DNA of 62,750 bases, counting the filler, from Sphacelaria rigidula (taxonomy: Eukaryota), in NCBI GenBank assembly GCA_964200075.2. It is 10 parts of 10 records of this genome, joined end to end, with 100 filler letters (N's around TTAATTAATTAA, not from the genome) between each part and the next. Parts side by side here need not be neighbours in the genome. Positions count along the whole stretch, not along the records: positions 31,426 to 37,610 come from CAXNAA020021663.1; positions 37,711 to 43,895 come from CAXNAA020021664.1; positions 43,996 to 50,180 come from CAXNAA020021665.1; 7 more parts are not named here. The stretch is one strand, 5' to 3'. The notes under the pieces are model-generated. The model was not told the DNA's origin. It saw only the letters and a list, made by a program, of their open reading frames with translations, and did no database searches. Below, piece by piece: positions 36,361 to 48,343 of this stretch. The translations under genes were made by a program, and so were the position numbers. The stretch's first letter is position 1. Each line of letters starts with the position of its first letter.

Positions 36361-36843
36361 TTAATCGGGCCGGGTTAGCCAGGTGATGTCGTTATTTTTA
36401 CGGTAAGTAAAACTCTCGATCAGCTGTCGCTTCAACACCGCGTGCCTCGGGTCTCGTTCGTGCCTTAGGTTGTCCCTCTCGCCCACGTCCTCGTGACCCC
36501 CGACTGACAGCATTCCTCCCTCCCCGACTGCAGTGAAGTCTGTGAGCGGATCGTGTACCCAGGGGTCGTGCAGCCCAGCGCTCCCTGACCAGTCTTGGTT
36601 TTCCTCGAACACGTTCATGCCGTCGAAGGTGTGAAGCATGTTGTGGAGGATACAACATGTGAAGAATATATTGTCGATGATTTCCCGGGAGTGATACCCC
36701 AAGCGGAGCTTCAGGATTCTGAAGCGGCCTTTCAGGATGCCGAAGAAGCACTCGACGTCCTTGCGCACACTCTCAAGCGTCTTGGAGAAGGCGGTATCTT
36801 CGTTGTCTCCCGGGAATTTTGAAGGGGCAATGAGGATCGGCCA
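36361..36843 (-). CDS. PIF/Harbinger DDE transposase, terminal exon (160 aa)
   Basis: Acceptor ...catgcacacag|TGG. WPILIAPSK...FSKTLESVRKDVECFFGILKGRFRILK...IDNIFFTCCILHNML carries the R..VE..FG.LK.RF.IL and C..LHN motifs of Harbinger/HARBI1 transposases. Upstream exons were not found in this contig. Confidence 0.92.
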   Translation of the reverse strand, partial: WPILIAPSKFPGDNEDTAFSKTLESVRKDVECFFGILKGRFRILKLRLGYHSREIIDNIFFTCCILHNMLHTFDGMNVFEENQDWSGSAGLHDPWVHDPLTDFTAVGEGGMLSVGGHEDVGERDNLRHERDPRHAVLKRQLIESFTYRKNNDITWLTRPD

Positions 36844-37332
36844 CTGTGTGCATGAGACGAGAACAGAACGGAGCAAGGATCCTCAGGGTCTGGTGGTTTA
36901 CTCTCCTGTGGCTGCACTTCTTCTTGTATTTTGTCGATGGATCGATTGTTACAACCTTTCTGACCCTCAAGGGACCCAGCCGTGATCGCACCCGAACGGA
37001 ACAAAAACTGAAACACTCACTGGAGAACAAAAAAGAGAAAATGAAGAGCAGAAGAACAGAGTACACCGAGCCAAATATACACATATATATGACTATGTAT
37101 GTATGTTGAGAAAAGATTTGTGCATATATATATATTTTTTTTTTCTTTGATGGGGAGGAATGATGAAAATATAGACGGTCGACCTCTGGCACATGACTTC
37201 GGGTGTAAGAGTCTTGCGCATGCCCAGTCGAAGAAAACCGAAAGGTTTTGGAGAAGGGTTGCGGGCCATCTACTATGATCGCTCTCGCTCTATTTCGGGT
37301 ACGAACGTTATCGTCCATGGACCCTACAGAAG

Positions 37333-37610
37333 CGAAGCACCAAACTGCTGTGGCACACACCGTATGCGTTGGAAAGTTGTGATCCCAGGATCAGCGAGTG
37401 GAACAGGGTTGTAATTTGTCAGTTTGGCAGAGGGGTGGGCCACCACACAGGAACGTTGAAACATGGCAGCCATTCCCCAACTTCGAAGCACCAAACTGCT
37501 GTGGCACACACCGTATGCGTTGGAAAGTTGTGATCCCAGGATCAGCGAGTGGAACAGGGTTGTAATTTGTCAGTTTGGCAGAGGGGTGGGCCACCACACA
37601 GGAACGTTGA
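37333..37610. repeat. Identical tandem repeat, 151-bp period, cut by the contig end
   Basis: cgaagcaccaaactgctgtgg... starts at 37333 and again at 37484. Confidence 0.92.
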
Positions 37611-38474
37611 NNNNNNNNNNNNNNNNNNNNNNNNNNNNNNNNNNNNNNNNNNNNTTAATTAATTAANNNNNNNNNNNNNNNNNNNNNNNNNNNNNNNNNN
37701 NNNNNNNNNNGATTACCACTATCGCTCGAGAGACTCGCATCATCGATGTCACCAGCATGTACCCAATTTTCCATGTATGTTGTTCCAGAACACCGACAGC
37801 TGCGGACAAATTTCGTCTCTTCTTGCTTATTTGATGCGAAGATCAATTTCTCTCTGCCTCTCTTTTTGGACAAGACGCGCGTCTGTGCAGTGAAGAACAC
37901 GTTGAAAAACAGGACAATGTTCCCGTCACCGCTACTACTGTACTCTGTCACACACATGCCAGCAAGGACGGTGCTGCGGCAATAACAGATAAATCCAATT
38001 TGAACTCAGGGGGTGTTATTCATCGTTGATTATCCCCAACCTCCCCCTCCCGCCAACGGGGCGCTTGACGACACGCCAGTTGGGGTGTGTGTGCGTGAGA
38101 GACCAAACACTCGTGGAGACCTTCTTGACATGCGTAGTGAAAAAAGATACCTATGGTGGTGACCTAACTGTTGCTAGCGTGGCGTGTACGAGTCCGCCCA
38201 TGCCGCAAATTGCAGCGCACGGTGGCCGCGTGAGCGGGGGGGGGCGTATTTTGGGCCATTTTCCCCACGAAAATCCGCTTCAAATCACCGTCGAACGCAG
38301 AACTAACTGTTGTTCGAACCCGCTCATTACGGTTAAACAGTACTCACTGATTACGCTTGACACCGGTTTCTCCCAAATACAAGCGTGCCACGAGTGCGGT
38401 AGGTCGTCGGACACACCTGTCAGTCCATTTTTTTCGTGAAATCCCCCCCCCCCGCCCCCCATCGTAGGATCACT

Positions 38475-38800
38475 TTCCTGTGGCACTACTTCCAAACGCC
38501 ACACTGTAAGCACGAGGTTGTGGAGGCACTTCATTGTAGTAGAGTCCTCGATGAGGCCGAGCATGCATAGATCGTCACACAGGTATCAAGTCTCAACAGC
38601 CTGGTCGTTTGTCAGCTTGCTCGATGCTTCCTTCACTTTTTCCATCGAGGGCTCGGCCGCGAGCGCTTCGTCCCCCGGTATCTGTTCGATGGCATCGATG
38701 ACAGAGCTGTCGAGCGTAGACGAGATTATGTGCAAAAACTTCTCGAGTCGCCCTTTCCACCTCTATACGACGGTGCTTGTCCCGTAACAGCTTGCTAGAC
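38475..38800 (-). mobile_element. RTE-like LINE ORF2 fragment (linker upstream of RT)
   Basis: LLRDK/RW...STLDSSVIDAIEQIPGDEALAAEPSMEKVKEASSKLTNDQAV...LHNLVLTVWRLEVVPQE matches the EPS.EEV..A...L.N.KA.G.D...W....VPQ.W region. Contains stops. Confidence 0.75.
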
Positions 38801-39049
38801 GCGCTCCTAATGTAGGTTCAGTCACACCCCTTATTCCCTTCCATTTCCAAGGACTTCATGTGCTGGTATACAACATTACCTGGTCCATCCTGCGGGGTAA
38901 CTCCGCTGTTATCCTGGCGGTGAGCTCAAAATAAATTATTGTACTACCTTGTTTCTTTGAGATCATCGGTGTGTGTATTCAGATATTTCCAAGTGTTTCG
39001 TGGGCCGTTTGATGAATCGGTAATACTTCCAAAAGTCAAAGTGGTCGTC

Positions 39050-41208
39050 CGAAAAGAGTCATGAATGGCGGCGATATCCTCTCGGGAAACACGTATCGCA
39101 ATAATCGAATATACTTCCCCTCAAGGATTGTAGCTGTACATCTGCCTGGATGCAATGGAAATGGATATGGAGAGATTGGATCATGACATACGGGGGAAAT
39201 ACGAATAAGAGATGATTCTGTCATGAGGTATACCCGATCTAGTGCTTGCAGTACAAATCTACTGGGGGCACACGACTTTTCGCGTGCCGAAAAGATGGGG
39301 TCATGACTTATGATTTTGTATGAGCGTTTCCCCCAGGAATGACTACCCCACTTGATTCAGCATGTGTGTGTTATGTGTGAGTGGGCAAATACGAGAGTGA
39401 ATTAACTACATGAATGATAGCTGGTCTCAACTGGCCATGGCAGGTCTACAACTTCCCGCGACAATGCACCCGGTGCATGAGGCTTCTTGTTATGCATGAC
39501 CTGGGTCAAGGCTCATGTACGGAATGCTAGGGATTTACATACCGTAGGCCTTATTTTACAGGGGTGTGAGGAGTACGCAACAGACGAGCAATTCAATGTA
39601 GTCATAGTGAAAACCGGCGTGCTCGAATATTCACTCAAAAAAGTGTAGGCCGAGGTGACCAAAAATTGGATAATGGAGGAGTATCAAGAAGCCCTTCAAC
39701 AAGGCGAGGCTCGATTTCTATGGAGAAAATTAATGAAAGTATACATCGGAGAGCAAACGAAACAGCTACAAGAGCTGCGTCAACAAAGTCAAGCACAGGA
39801 CAAGGAACCAAGCCTGGGAGAGCGCGCGTCAGCCACACAAGCAACGCCCCCCCAGCAGCGCATTTCACCTAAGACTAAGACGGCAGTTCAAGACGCACGT
39901 CTGCGCACGAACAATCAAGCCCAGATCGGACAGTCTGGCACACCAAGGGTACGGTTTCACGACAGCGAGGATAACAACAACAACGACAAGAACAAGAACA
40001 AGAACAACAACAACAACAACAACAACAACACGGACGACAGGAGCAGCACCAGCAAGGCTGACACGATGGAAGAACTCGGAAAAGGCCGGCGAAACACCGA
40101 TACGATTCTGGGCTTGGACCATCCTTTCGATCGCGGGAAAGCGCGAGGGTGGTGGACGTACAATAGCAGCCGCTAGGGGGTGCCGGACATCGCGGCCTTG
40201 AAAAGGGCCGAAGGCACGTGTTGTACTCAACCACCATTGATGTAGAGTGTTGCGCGTGTACGAGTTGAATCTGCGCGTGAAGCTTCCTATTACATGAGTT
40301 ATCATTTTTGTTTGGATCGAGATCGAGTTTTTTTCGAAAATATTTCGAGTCGCGTTTGTTCGTTTGTTTTTCATTCAGCATCACGCCCTGCTCGCTCTGT
40401 AGTGAGACGGAGCGCAAGTGTGACTTTGGAGTATTCTGTGTGAGCCCTACTTTGGTTCTTCTCTGTTTGAAACTTTGTTTTTTTCCTTTCTCCACTGCAC
40501 AATGATATGATCCCCTTGACTGTAGAAGGGGGTGTTATATTCCGTCATCTACGGTAGTTGAACTTACATTTTTGACTCGAGATGACTTCGGCGAGAAATA
40601 TTGCGTTTTACAGACATGTTGCCTTGTGTGCACAACCACTTGTGTTCCAAACTGTATGGATTGAAAGTCAGGACTTCAACTGACCGCGATGTACAGTACA
40701 GGAGGCCAACATCACATTGGCTGGTGATATGAGATGCGGTTGTTTTTGTGTTGTTGGATATTGGACGCTGATCAAGCAGGTTGAGCGCGCCGACTGCAAG
40801 CAGAAACGGAATTGCGAAATAGTAATGAATGATTCCACGTAGCATTCTCTCATGTCAACTGATTCTGTGTGCTGTTCTCCAGGCTAATCACTGCTTGTAG
40901 ACCGTACTGCATTACAGTCTGCTGTGTATTGGCGTATGATAGAAGTATCATGTCCTGCAATAACGGTACATTTCTCATGCTGCGGGAAAATGCGGATCAA
41001 TGCATGATTTTGTTTTTTCGTCTCTATAGATTGTTGAGCATGCTCCCTTACCCCCCCTGGCGTGATCAATGTTGGATTCATGGATATATTTTGGCAAGCA
41101 TTACACTGTTTGTAGAGCTTACATGGTTCCCCAAGCATGTAGAGGAAACACGGTGAGCAAGCATGTACTCTCTGAAATTTCCATGTTTTCCCCCCCGGTT
41201 AATCAACA
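39050..41208 (+). mobile_element. Probable 3' end of an LTR retrotransposon (integrase remnant, tail ORF, PPT, LTR)
   Basis: ILPLKDCSC...WRDWIMTYGG near 39110-39200 is integrase-core-like. ORF at 39655-40176. The purine tract AGAAGGGGG (40524-40532) directly precedes TGTT at 40533, with a candidate AACA end at 41208. Confidence 0.4.
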
Positions 41209-44200
41209 TTATTGATCCGCAGTATAGTATAGCTTGACGAACTTGTGTGATCTACATTGAGTGCAGTTGAATTGATTTAGTTTTGGCGAGCCAGCAAAAT
41301 ACAGTACTACTGCGTGTGTGAGTTGTCGTTCCATCCATTTTGGATGCCAGTATACACCTTTTGGTATATGTGGGCGCACCAGCCGGAGTCTGACATGAGA
41401 AGGATCAACACAGGATTTGTCTTTGTTTCTTGTTTTTCTTTGGTACTCCACCTCCTGGGATGCTTGCGTATACTTTTTTTTCGCGAGGGAAGTTAAGCGT
41501 AGTCCCTTCCCCTGCTGGGGGTCCGCTCGTCGACCGATAGGGCAGATTTTGTGTACCCATGGCATGATACTGTGAATTGTTTTTCACAAAATTCATTTTT
41601 TTGTTGCGTTGCGAGGGAAGACGCATGGGTTTGTTGGGGAGGAATTTCATCTTTGATATGATGGATATACGGTGTTCTCGAATATTTTTCGCACCTTTGC
41701 ATGAAATACAACGGATGACTTATTTCTGCGACTATTTCTTCCCGCACGCGTGCGTTGCCCCCGGTGCTGCGAGCCAATTTTTATGGTGAGGCAACTGCTT
41801 TCGAACCCAGGCGGATGTGCACAAAAAATGACGAAGTCCAAACCGCGACACCGCAAGAACCAAACCGAAACAGCGACCGCGGCCTGGGCGACAACACAAC
41901 CGCTTGGGGGACTTAGCAGAAGCCAGGCCAGGAATCAAACACGCTTTGGAATTTACGTTTTTATCATTTGATTTTTTTGGGAGTCTGGATTTGATTCGGA
42001 ATATTTCCGTCTCGTTGTTCGCAGCAACGTGACATGCCTACCATGTGAAACGTCTCGTGGTTGCATTTTTGTTTGATTTTTATAGTTTTTGTTCCCTACG
42101 CCCTACGAAGTACTACCGTAGTTTGGTTATGATTTTTTTAACTTGATCCTCCACATGACTGCAATGATTTTGGAATTATCGAGAAAGAAAATAATGGGGG
42201 GCAAACTGAGTATTTGCTTCCATGATTCTCTTTTCGGGTAATTAAAAACGAAGAAAACTCATGTGATGGGGTTACCCACAGCGGAGTATTTTGGGAGAAA
42301 AATCATGTGATGGGGTGATCCACGGCGGGGTATTTTGGATAATTTGATCCGTCGGTCATGGATTTCGAGAGGGAATCTGATATTTCGCGATCCGCGCTAA
42401 AACGTTTTTGACAAAGTGATTCACTAGCTCTGGATTTTGGGTTGGGCATTTTCAATTGCGGAAAGAACATGGCGTGGATTCAATCTCGAGTATACTTCCG
42501 AGAGTGGAACGGTTTTCAGTCTTGGGTGTCACTAAACAGTTGACTCTCCACCCGCCATTCAACATGCGGGACTGACTATGCACCAGGATAACTCACGATA
42601 ATTGACTCTGGGGTCATCGATGTTTTGTTTTCTTGTACTACCTGGAAGCAATACTCCCTGCAAATCAGTATGTAATATTGAATCGGGGGGGGGGGTTTAA
42701 TACGGAGTAATTTATATTATGTTCTCTCCAGGGTGTGGCGTTTATTCAAGTAGTAATATCCGTCCTGATATTTGGGTGAGTGTACTGTTTATGCAGAGTA
42801 ACTTCTTATTCGACTTCTTTGCATGCACTTGGACTTTGGTGTACAGGGATTGATTGGTTTGTGAAAGAAAAAATATTCTGAGAGTGGGACGATGGGTTTG
42901 ATGATTTTGGGAATCTATCGGGCCGGATGACGAGCGAAATTTGCATCAAAAATCAGTAATTCGAAATGAAATGGGCTGATCAACCGCTAATTTTGCTTAC
43001 AATATTTTTAGTGCTTACAGAGTTTGGTTTTATGTTCCCGTTTTCTCTCTGATAGGATATAAGCAGCACGAGTGTACTGCTACATAAATTTTCTCTGGGT
43101 ATTCTAGGGTCTATGAAGTGAACGAAGTTCGAAAGAGATTTTGTCGTGTTCTGACATTATAAGGATCCAAGCTTGCAAGTTTTCACTGATGTGTGTTATA
43201 TCAACTATTCTAGGCAGTTGATAGATGGTCGACATCAGGGAGGCTAATGTTGTTTTTCTTGGATACAGAGTGGTACAAACAGGAGCAGATCTTGTGTTCT
43301 TGTGTGAGGACAGATGGGAAATCTATATTTTTTGTATTCGAGCATACCTCTAGTTTGAGCGATTTGAACTTGAATTGATTCGATTTGAATTTGAATTTTG
43401 TTCTCGAACTTGAGGAGAAGTGGTACACACACCACTACTGCAAGTTTCATTTTGCAGTGTTTATTTTGCATACTATTTCGAGGAGTCATGTTATTGTTCA
43501 GTGGAATGATATCTCGGTCACTGGACATGTTGACTGTAGACACTTGCCTGATGTAGACCGTGTTGTAGACGGTATATTGAATCGAATTTCACATAGACAA
43601 CAGCATCTTGTTACCATGAGAAAAGTCCGTTTTTGACATATTCGAGTATTGGAAGGTTGAGTGTGTTTCTCGAATGTCTTCACGGTAACTGAGGAGTATG
43701 AAAAGGATGTCCACTGTGCAATCATGTGTGATTTTTGGTTGTTCCAAGGAAGATTTGGGAATTGGTAATGATTGAGACTGATACACATATATCTACTTGT
43801 TTTGTGCTGACTGACGCAAACAATTGTTGAAATGGAGCATGGATAGGTTACGAAGAACTGATTATATTCAGGATTTGAGCTTTCGATTGCTAAAGNNNNN
43901 NNNNNNNNNNNNNNNNNNNNNNNNNNNNNNNNNNNNNNNTTAATTAATTAANNNNNNNNNNNNNNNNNNNNNNNNNNNNNNNNNNNNNNNNNNNNTGTGA
44001 CTGAAAGCTGCAGAGAAAGGCAGGACTACCGTACAGTCTGGTATTTCGTTTGATTAGACCTTGTCCTTGGTGGGGGTGCGTATCAGACGAAACCCGTGAG
44101 ATGAACGTCAGCCGTCAAATCGCTTGCCCTGCGATGTACAACATTCAAACCGAAGTAATGTGATTGCACAACTGCCACTTGAGGGCAACTGCATTTAGCA

Positions 44201-44334
44201 CCAACACGTTGTCGACGATAACCCCCTCTTGCCTATGACCCTGTGTTGAATCGGCATCAATTTAACTTGAAAGAAATATGCATCATCCAGATGGACTATA
44301 CCCTCGCGGTGTAAGGGTTCAGGTAAACTTGATG

Positions 44335-44540
44335 TGATTTGATTTGATTGATTGTCGTGCTTTAACTGACCCCCTAGAGATCCAGCACATTATAGACGTA
44401 CCCAAGTCATATTCGGGACGAGTCCGTGGTCTCAAGGGGTCCACCCATCCCTCCTCCAGTACACGCTTTGCATTGAGAGCGTCGCGGATTGGGTCACCAC
44501 GCACGCACCGCGTCAACCCGTCGAATAACCCACACCCTGG
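44335..44540 (-). mobile_element. SINE body and 3' end with ATCA/ATCAA tail
   Basis: Shares gttgacgc...tgacccaatccg.ga...atgcaa.gcg..tac..g...gatggg.tg..cc.ttgaga.cacgga with 51148-51400 and ~6635-6741. Confidence 0.7.
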
Positions 44541-46211
44541 ATCAAAAAGTGTGCTGCGTGTAATATGGACTATCGCACCTATTACAACAACAAGCAATGG
44601 ATTCCGTTCTGTAAGCAGTACATTTTTTCACGCTGGCCGTTTGGGATTGCCGTGCACGTGTTCCGTTTGCGTTTTCATCGGGGGCACGTGTGCTGTAGTG
44701 CTGAACCCCACCATCAGTGTTCTATTCCTCTGAGTATATGCGTAGACGCCAGTCAGTACTGTATCCGTTGCTTGAACCAGCCATCGATGAAGCGACGACC
44801 GCCCGTTGGTGACGGAAGAACCTAGCTTGACCGTAACACCAGCCCCGAGACCGGAACAGTATGATGTGTCCCACAACCTCCCGCACGACAAAAGACCGAC
44901 ACGTCTTGAGTTGTGAGTCCAGTTTGTGTCGATGCGCAGAGACTCGGGAACCATTTCCGGGGAGAGAGGGGCGTGGTCGTTGTGCGACCGTGAACGGCAA
45001 ATGAGCGGGAAAAGAGCCGAATGTGTGGGCATCATGGTTGGAGTTGGTGCGTAGTCTCCCCGGTACAGTGTAGAGAGCGATGGCCTAGCAGAGGTACGCT
45101 CTCGGCCGATCGGTGGCCCAGATATGGTACGATTGAGAAAAAAATCCTAGAGATCAGGTATACCTCGGCGAAATGTGGCCTACAAAAGGTGAGCTGTTTC
45201 TGGAGGCGGCATGTCCGTTTTCGCGTGCCCATATCTCTCGAGTAACATGCTTGTTATCGGCTTGTTTTCGAGTCCCGGGTGCCAATGACCCCCCCAAATG
45301 ATGTGCGTGAAAAACCCGGAGCGAAAACGGTCAAAATGGCGTGTTTAGCTGTTTTCGGATTTCTGTCCATTTTTCGTACCGTTCTTGGGCAAAAAACGAG
45401 AAGGTATACCTTTTCTAGGCCATTGCCTAAACATATATATATATATATATTTCATGGGAAAAAAATCGTTGATAACTCACATCAAATGACGGAGTTGACG
45501 GAGGAGGGCATAATTTTTCGTTACACTCTGATCCTGAGATATTTGCACTCTGAAATGACACAAAAGTGTCACGAGGTGGGCCAGCTTAAAAGCTGCTAAT
45601 ACTTGCTCACACCACAGCTTCCCCAGTTTCCCAAATGAACCCGATGTAAGCATATCACTGTGAAGTGTAGACCAACCTGGTGACACACCGCACCGCCGCT
45701 GAATAAATAAATATATATATATATGTATATACTGCATAGTATAACCTTAACGACGAACGAAAAAAAGAGAATCTATCGGGATTCGAACTCATGACCTTCA
45801 TATATATATATTTTTTTCCTTGATGGAAGGAGGAAACCCAACCCAACACTTACCTCGCTGGCGACCGAAACGATCGCGAGCGAGTTCATTGGAGTCTCTC
45901 ATTACTTGAATCATAGGGGTGCAGCAGCGTCACGGAAAATGTTAAACACACGGCCCAATTCGACGAGTCTTGAGCTATAATATGAGGAAGACCTTCTGCG
46001 CCCAAGGGACTGATACTGCACGAGTCCAGTTGCAGATTCCTTTTTTTTTCCTGGACTTGCGGCATTATCTTGTTCTTGCTGTAATTTCTAATGCCAGTAA
46101 CTTCTCATTTTTTTTTTTTTCATTTTTTTTTTACTGGACCCGTGATCTTTTGCATTTCGATCATTAAAAGCTGATGTCATAATTTCAGCGTCCAACTCCT
46201 GATATCACGCC

Positions 46212-46511
46212 ATGCGTCGCCTGAGCGAGATTCACACGTACTCTTGGCTGGCCCAGCTCGTAAAAGAGAGCCATAATAGAGAGTTTCGGGAGATTTGGTT
46301 TCTGATCAAGAGTCAGAGTGCAGAGTGGAAGCGTCGAAACTTCAGAGTGGACGCTAAAATGTTCATAGCGGAAGCTGATGTGACGTGGTTTGATGTGGAC
46401 TTTTTCTCTCGCAATGATTGGCCGCCGTTTGTGCCGCCAAATAAATGTACGATCGCCCAGCCTGCGGTCAGCGGTCAGTTGCAGTCCGAAAATACACCAG
46501 TCAACACATGA
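46212..46511 (+). CDS. Candidate terminal exon or pseudo-exon of an unknown protein
   Basis: 99-aa Trp/Phe-rich ORF downstream of a tttcag acceptor. An in-frame TGA lies between the acceptor and the ATG. No family recognised. Confidence 0.25.
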   Translation: MRRLSEIHTYSWLAQLVKESHNREFREIWFLIKSQSAEWKRRNFRVDAKMFIAEADVTWFDVDFFSRNDWPPFVPPNKCTIAQPAVSGQLQSENTPVNT

Positions 46512-46679
46512 TTTGCTGTACCATACCCTGCGGCACCGTACGTGCCATTCCCGACGATTCACTGCACCTGTAATACTTCAATCCACCACGGTGCACCACA
46601 GGGTACTGTAGTGCTGTAGGGGTTGCGCAGTGTAGAGTACAGCTAGTGCAGTATAGAGAGCGCAATGCAGAAGTCTACA

Positions 46680-47630
46680 ACAGTACATACAGCGATGCCG
46701 TACAAACAGTCAGTTGTACAGTAATACAACAGGACAACAGTGCAGACAAAAGTAGGCAGCACTTTCAAGCAACAGACAAGGCCGCATCGTGAGGATTTCC
46801 CAACATGCCACCCACAAGTGTGGTGCAAGAAGTCATGACCTCTAACGAAATGGCAATGTAGCCAGGTGTAGTACTACTTGTGCGTTGTAGACTACGAATC
46901 GTTCGCACCATCTTACAGCTGAGGCTGGCAAAAATGAGGAACTGCACCCAAGGCAGCGGCATTTATCCGCCGAGCATTTGAATTTTCACTCAGCAAAAGC
47001 TCATGAGACCGTGGCTGGAACTCTGGGGGGTCAGTTGAAGTGCGACAATCAATCAATCAATCCAAACAACCATGCGCATGCTGATACCGTGGCAGCGTCA
47101 GGGAGGTCTTCCAATTACGATGCAGAGCGTTTCTACTTCGTGACTGGTTCATTGTGATGAGCATGACAGTCATGACTCTCCGTCCACTCTAACTCTAACC
47201 ATCATACTGTACAGCGACACAGTGACAAGAGTCAGTTGTACGAACAACTTTAGTACAGACAGTACGGTCCGCAGCACCTTCACAGAGCAGACCTCGGCCG
47301 GATTGCGATGATTTCTCCACGTGCCACTCATCACGGTGGTGCAAGACGTGTGCAAGACGTCATGATCTCCCACGGGATGGGAATACAGCTAGGTGTAGTA
47401 CTGCTTGTGCGCTGTGTAGACAACGAATCGTTCCCACCGTCTTCTTCCAGCTGAGGCTGGCAAGAGTGAGGAACTGTACCCAAGTCAACGTGTGCCTGTC
47501 GAGCATTGGAATATTCACGCAACACAGGCAAGCGAATGCTGATACCATGGCGGCGTCAGGGAGGTCTTGTGATTGCCATGCCAAGCTTTTCTACTTCGTG
47601 AATGGCCCATTGTGATGAGTATGGCAGTTT
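46680..47630. repeat. Old diverged tandem duplication (~520-bp period) with a SINE tail inserted in copy 1
   Basis: Colinear blocks (agtcagttgtac, aggtgtagtact.cttgtgcg, cagctgaggctggcaa, gctgatacc.tggc.gcgtcagggaggtctt, cattgtgatgag) occur twice. 47001-47062 is present only in the first copy. Confidence 0.85.
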
Positions 47631-47874
47631 TTATGGATGATGAATGTCCCACTTTGCTGGTGAGGGTGTGTTGACTTTAGAGTGGACGTGATCATGGCGG
47701 TGAAGGTGGGGATGGTTCTTCTTCATTCCGCTGTGAGCTCTGAAGAGGTACAACGGTTTTCAGGGTGACGTGGTTAAAACGGCCCCCTGACCTCTGACTC
47801 TGAAAAAATCGCTCTCAAAAAAATTTGATAGCGGAAAGTGCACCGTAACCGGCTATTTTCCCTTCCACTCTGAT

Positions 47875-48343
47875 TGTTATGGCACACAGATTTTCGGCCC
47901 ACGAATTGTTCACTTTTGGGACGTTTGACCCACCTTTTGACCCCCAAACAGGGGAAACCGCCAACACATGTCTCGGATAATTTTTCATCACCCCACAGAG
48001 AGGAGCCTGGTCTGCTTCTCAGATTCGCTTGGCTCCGACGTTTCGAGATTGGCCGCTGGACAAAAATTCGTGCACAAAAATCTGTGCTTGCCGATCCACA
48101 GATTATTGGGCAAACTGGCGGGGGTCGGCAAGCACGGACTTTTCCCCACAATTTTTTTATCAGCGGCCAATTTCGAAACGTCGGAGCCAAGCGAATCTGA
48201 GAAGCAGACCAGGCTCCTCTCTGTGGGGTGATCCAAAATGTCCGAGACGTGTGTTGGCGGTTTTCCCTGTTTGGGGGTCAAAAGGTGGGTCAAACGTCCC
48301 AAAAGTGAACAATCCGTGGGCCAAAATTCTGTCTGCCATAACA
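47875..48343. mobile_element. 469-bp foldback palindrome (MITE or hairpin locus)
   Basis: Arms of ~220 bp are near-perfect reverse complements (TGTTATGGCA...TGCCATAACA) around a ~30-bp loop. Confidence 0.92.
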
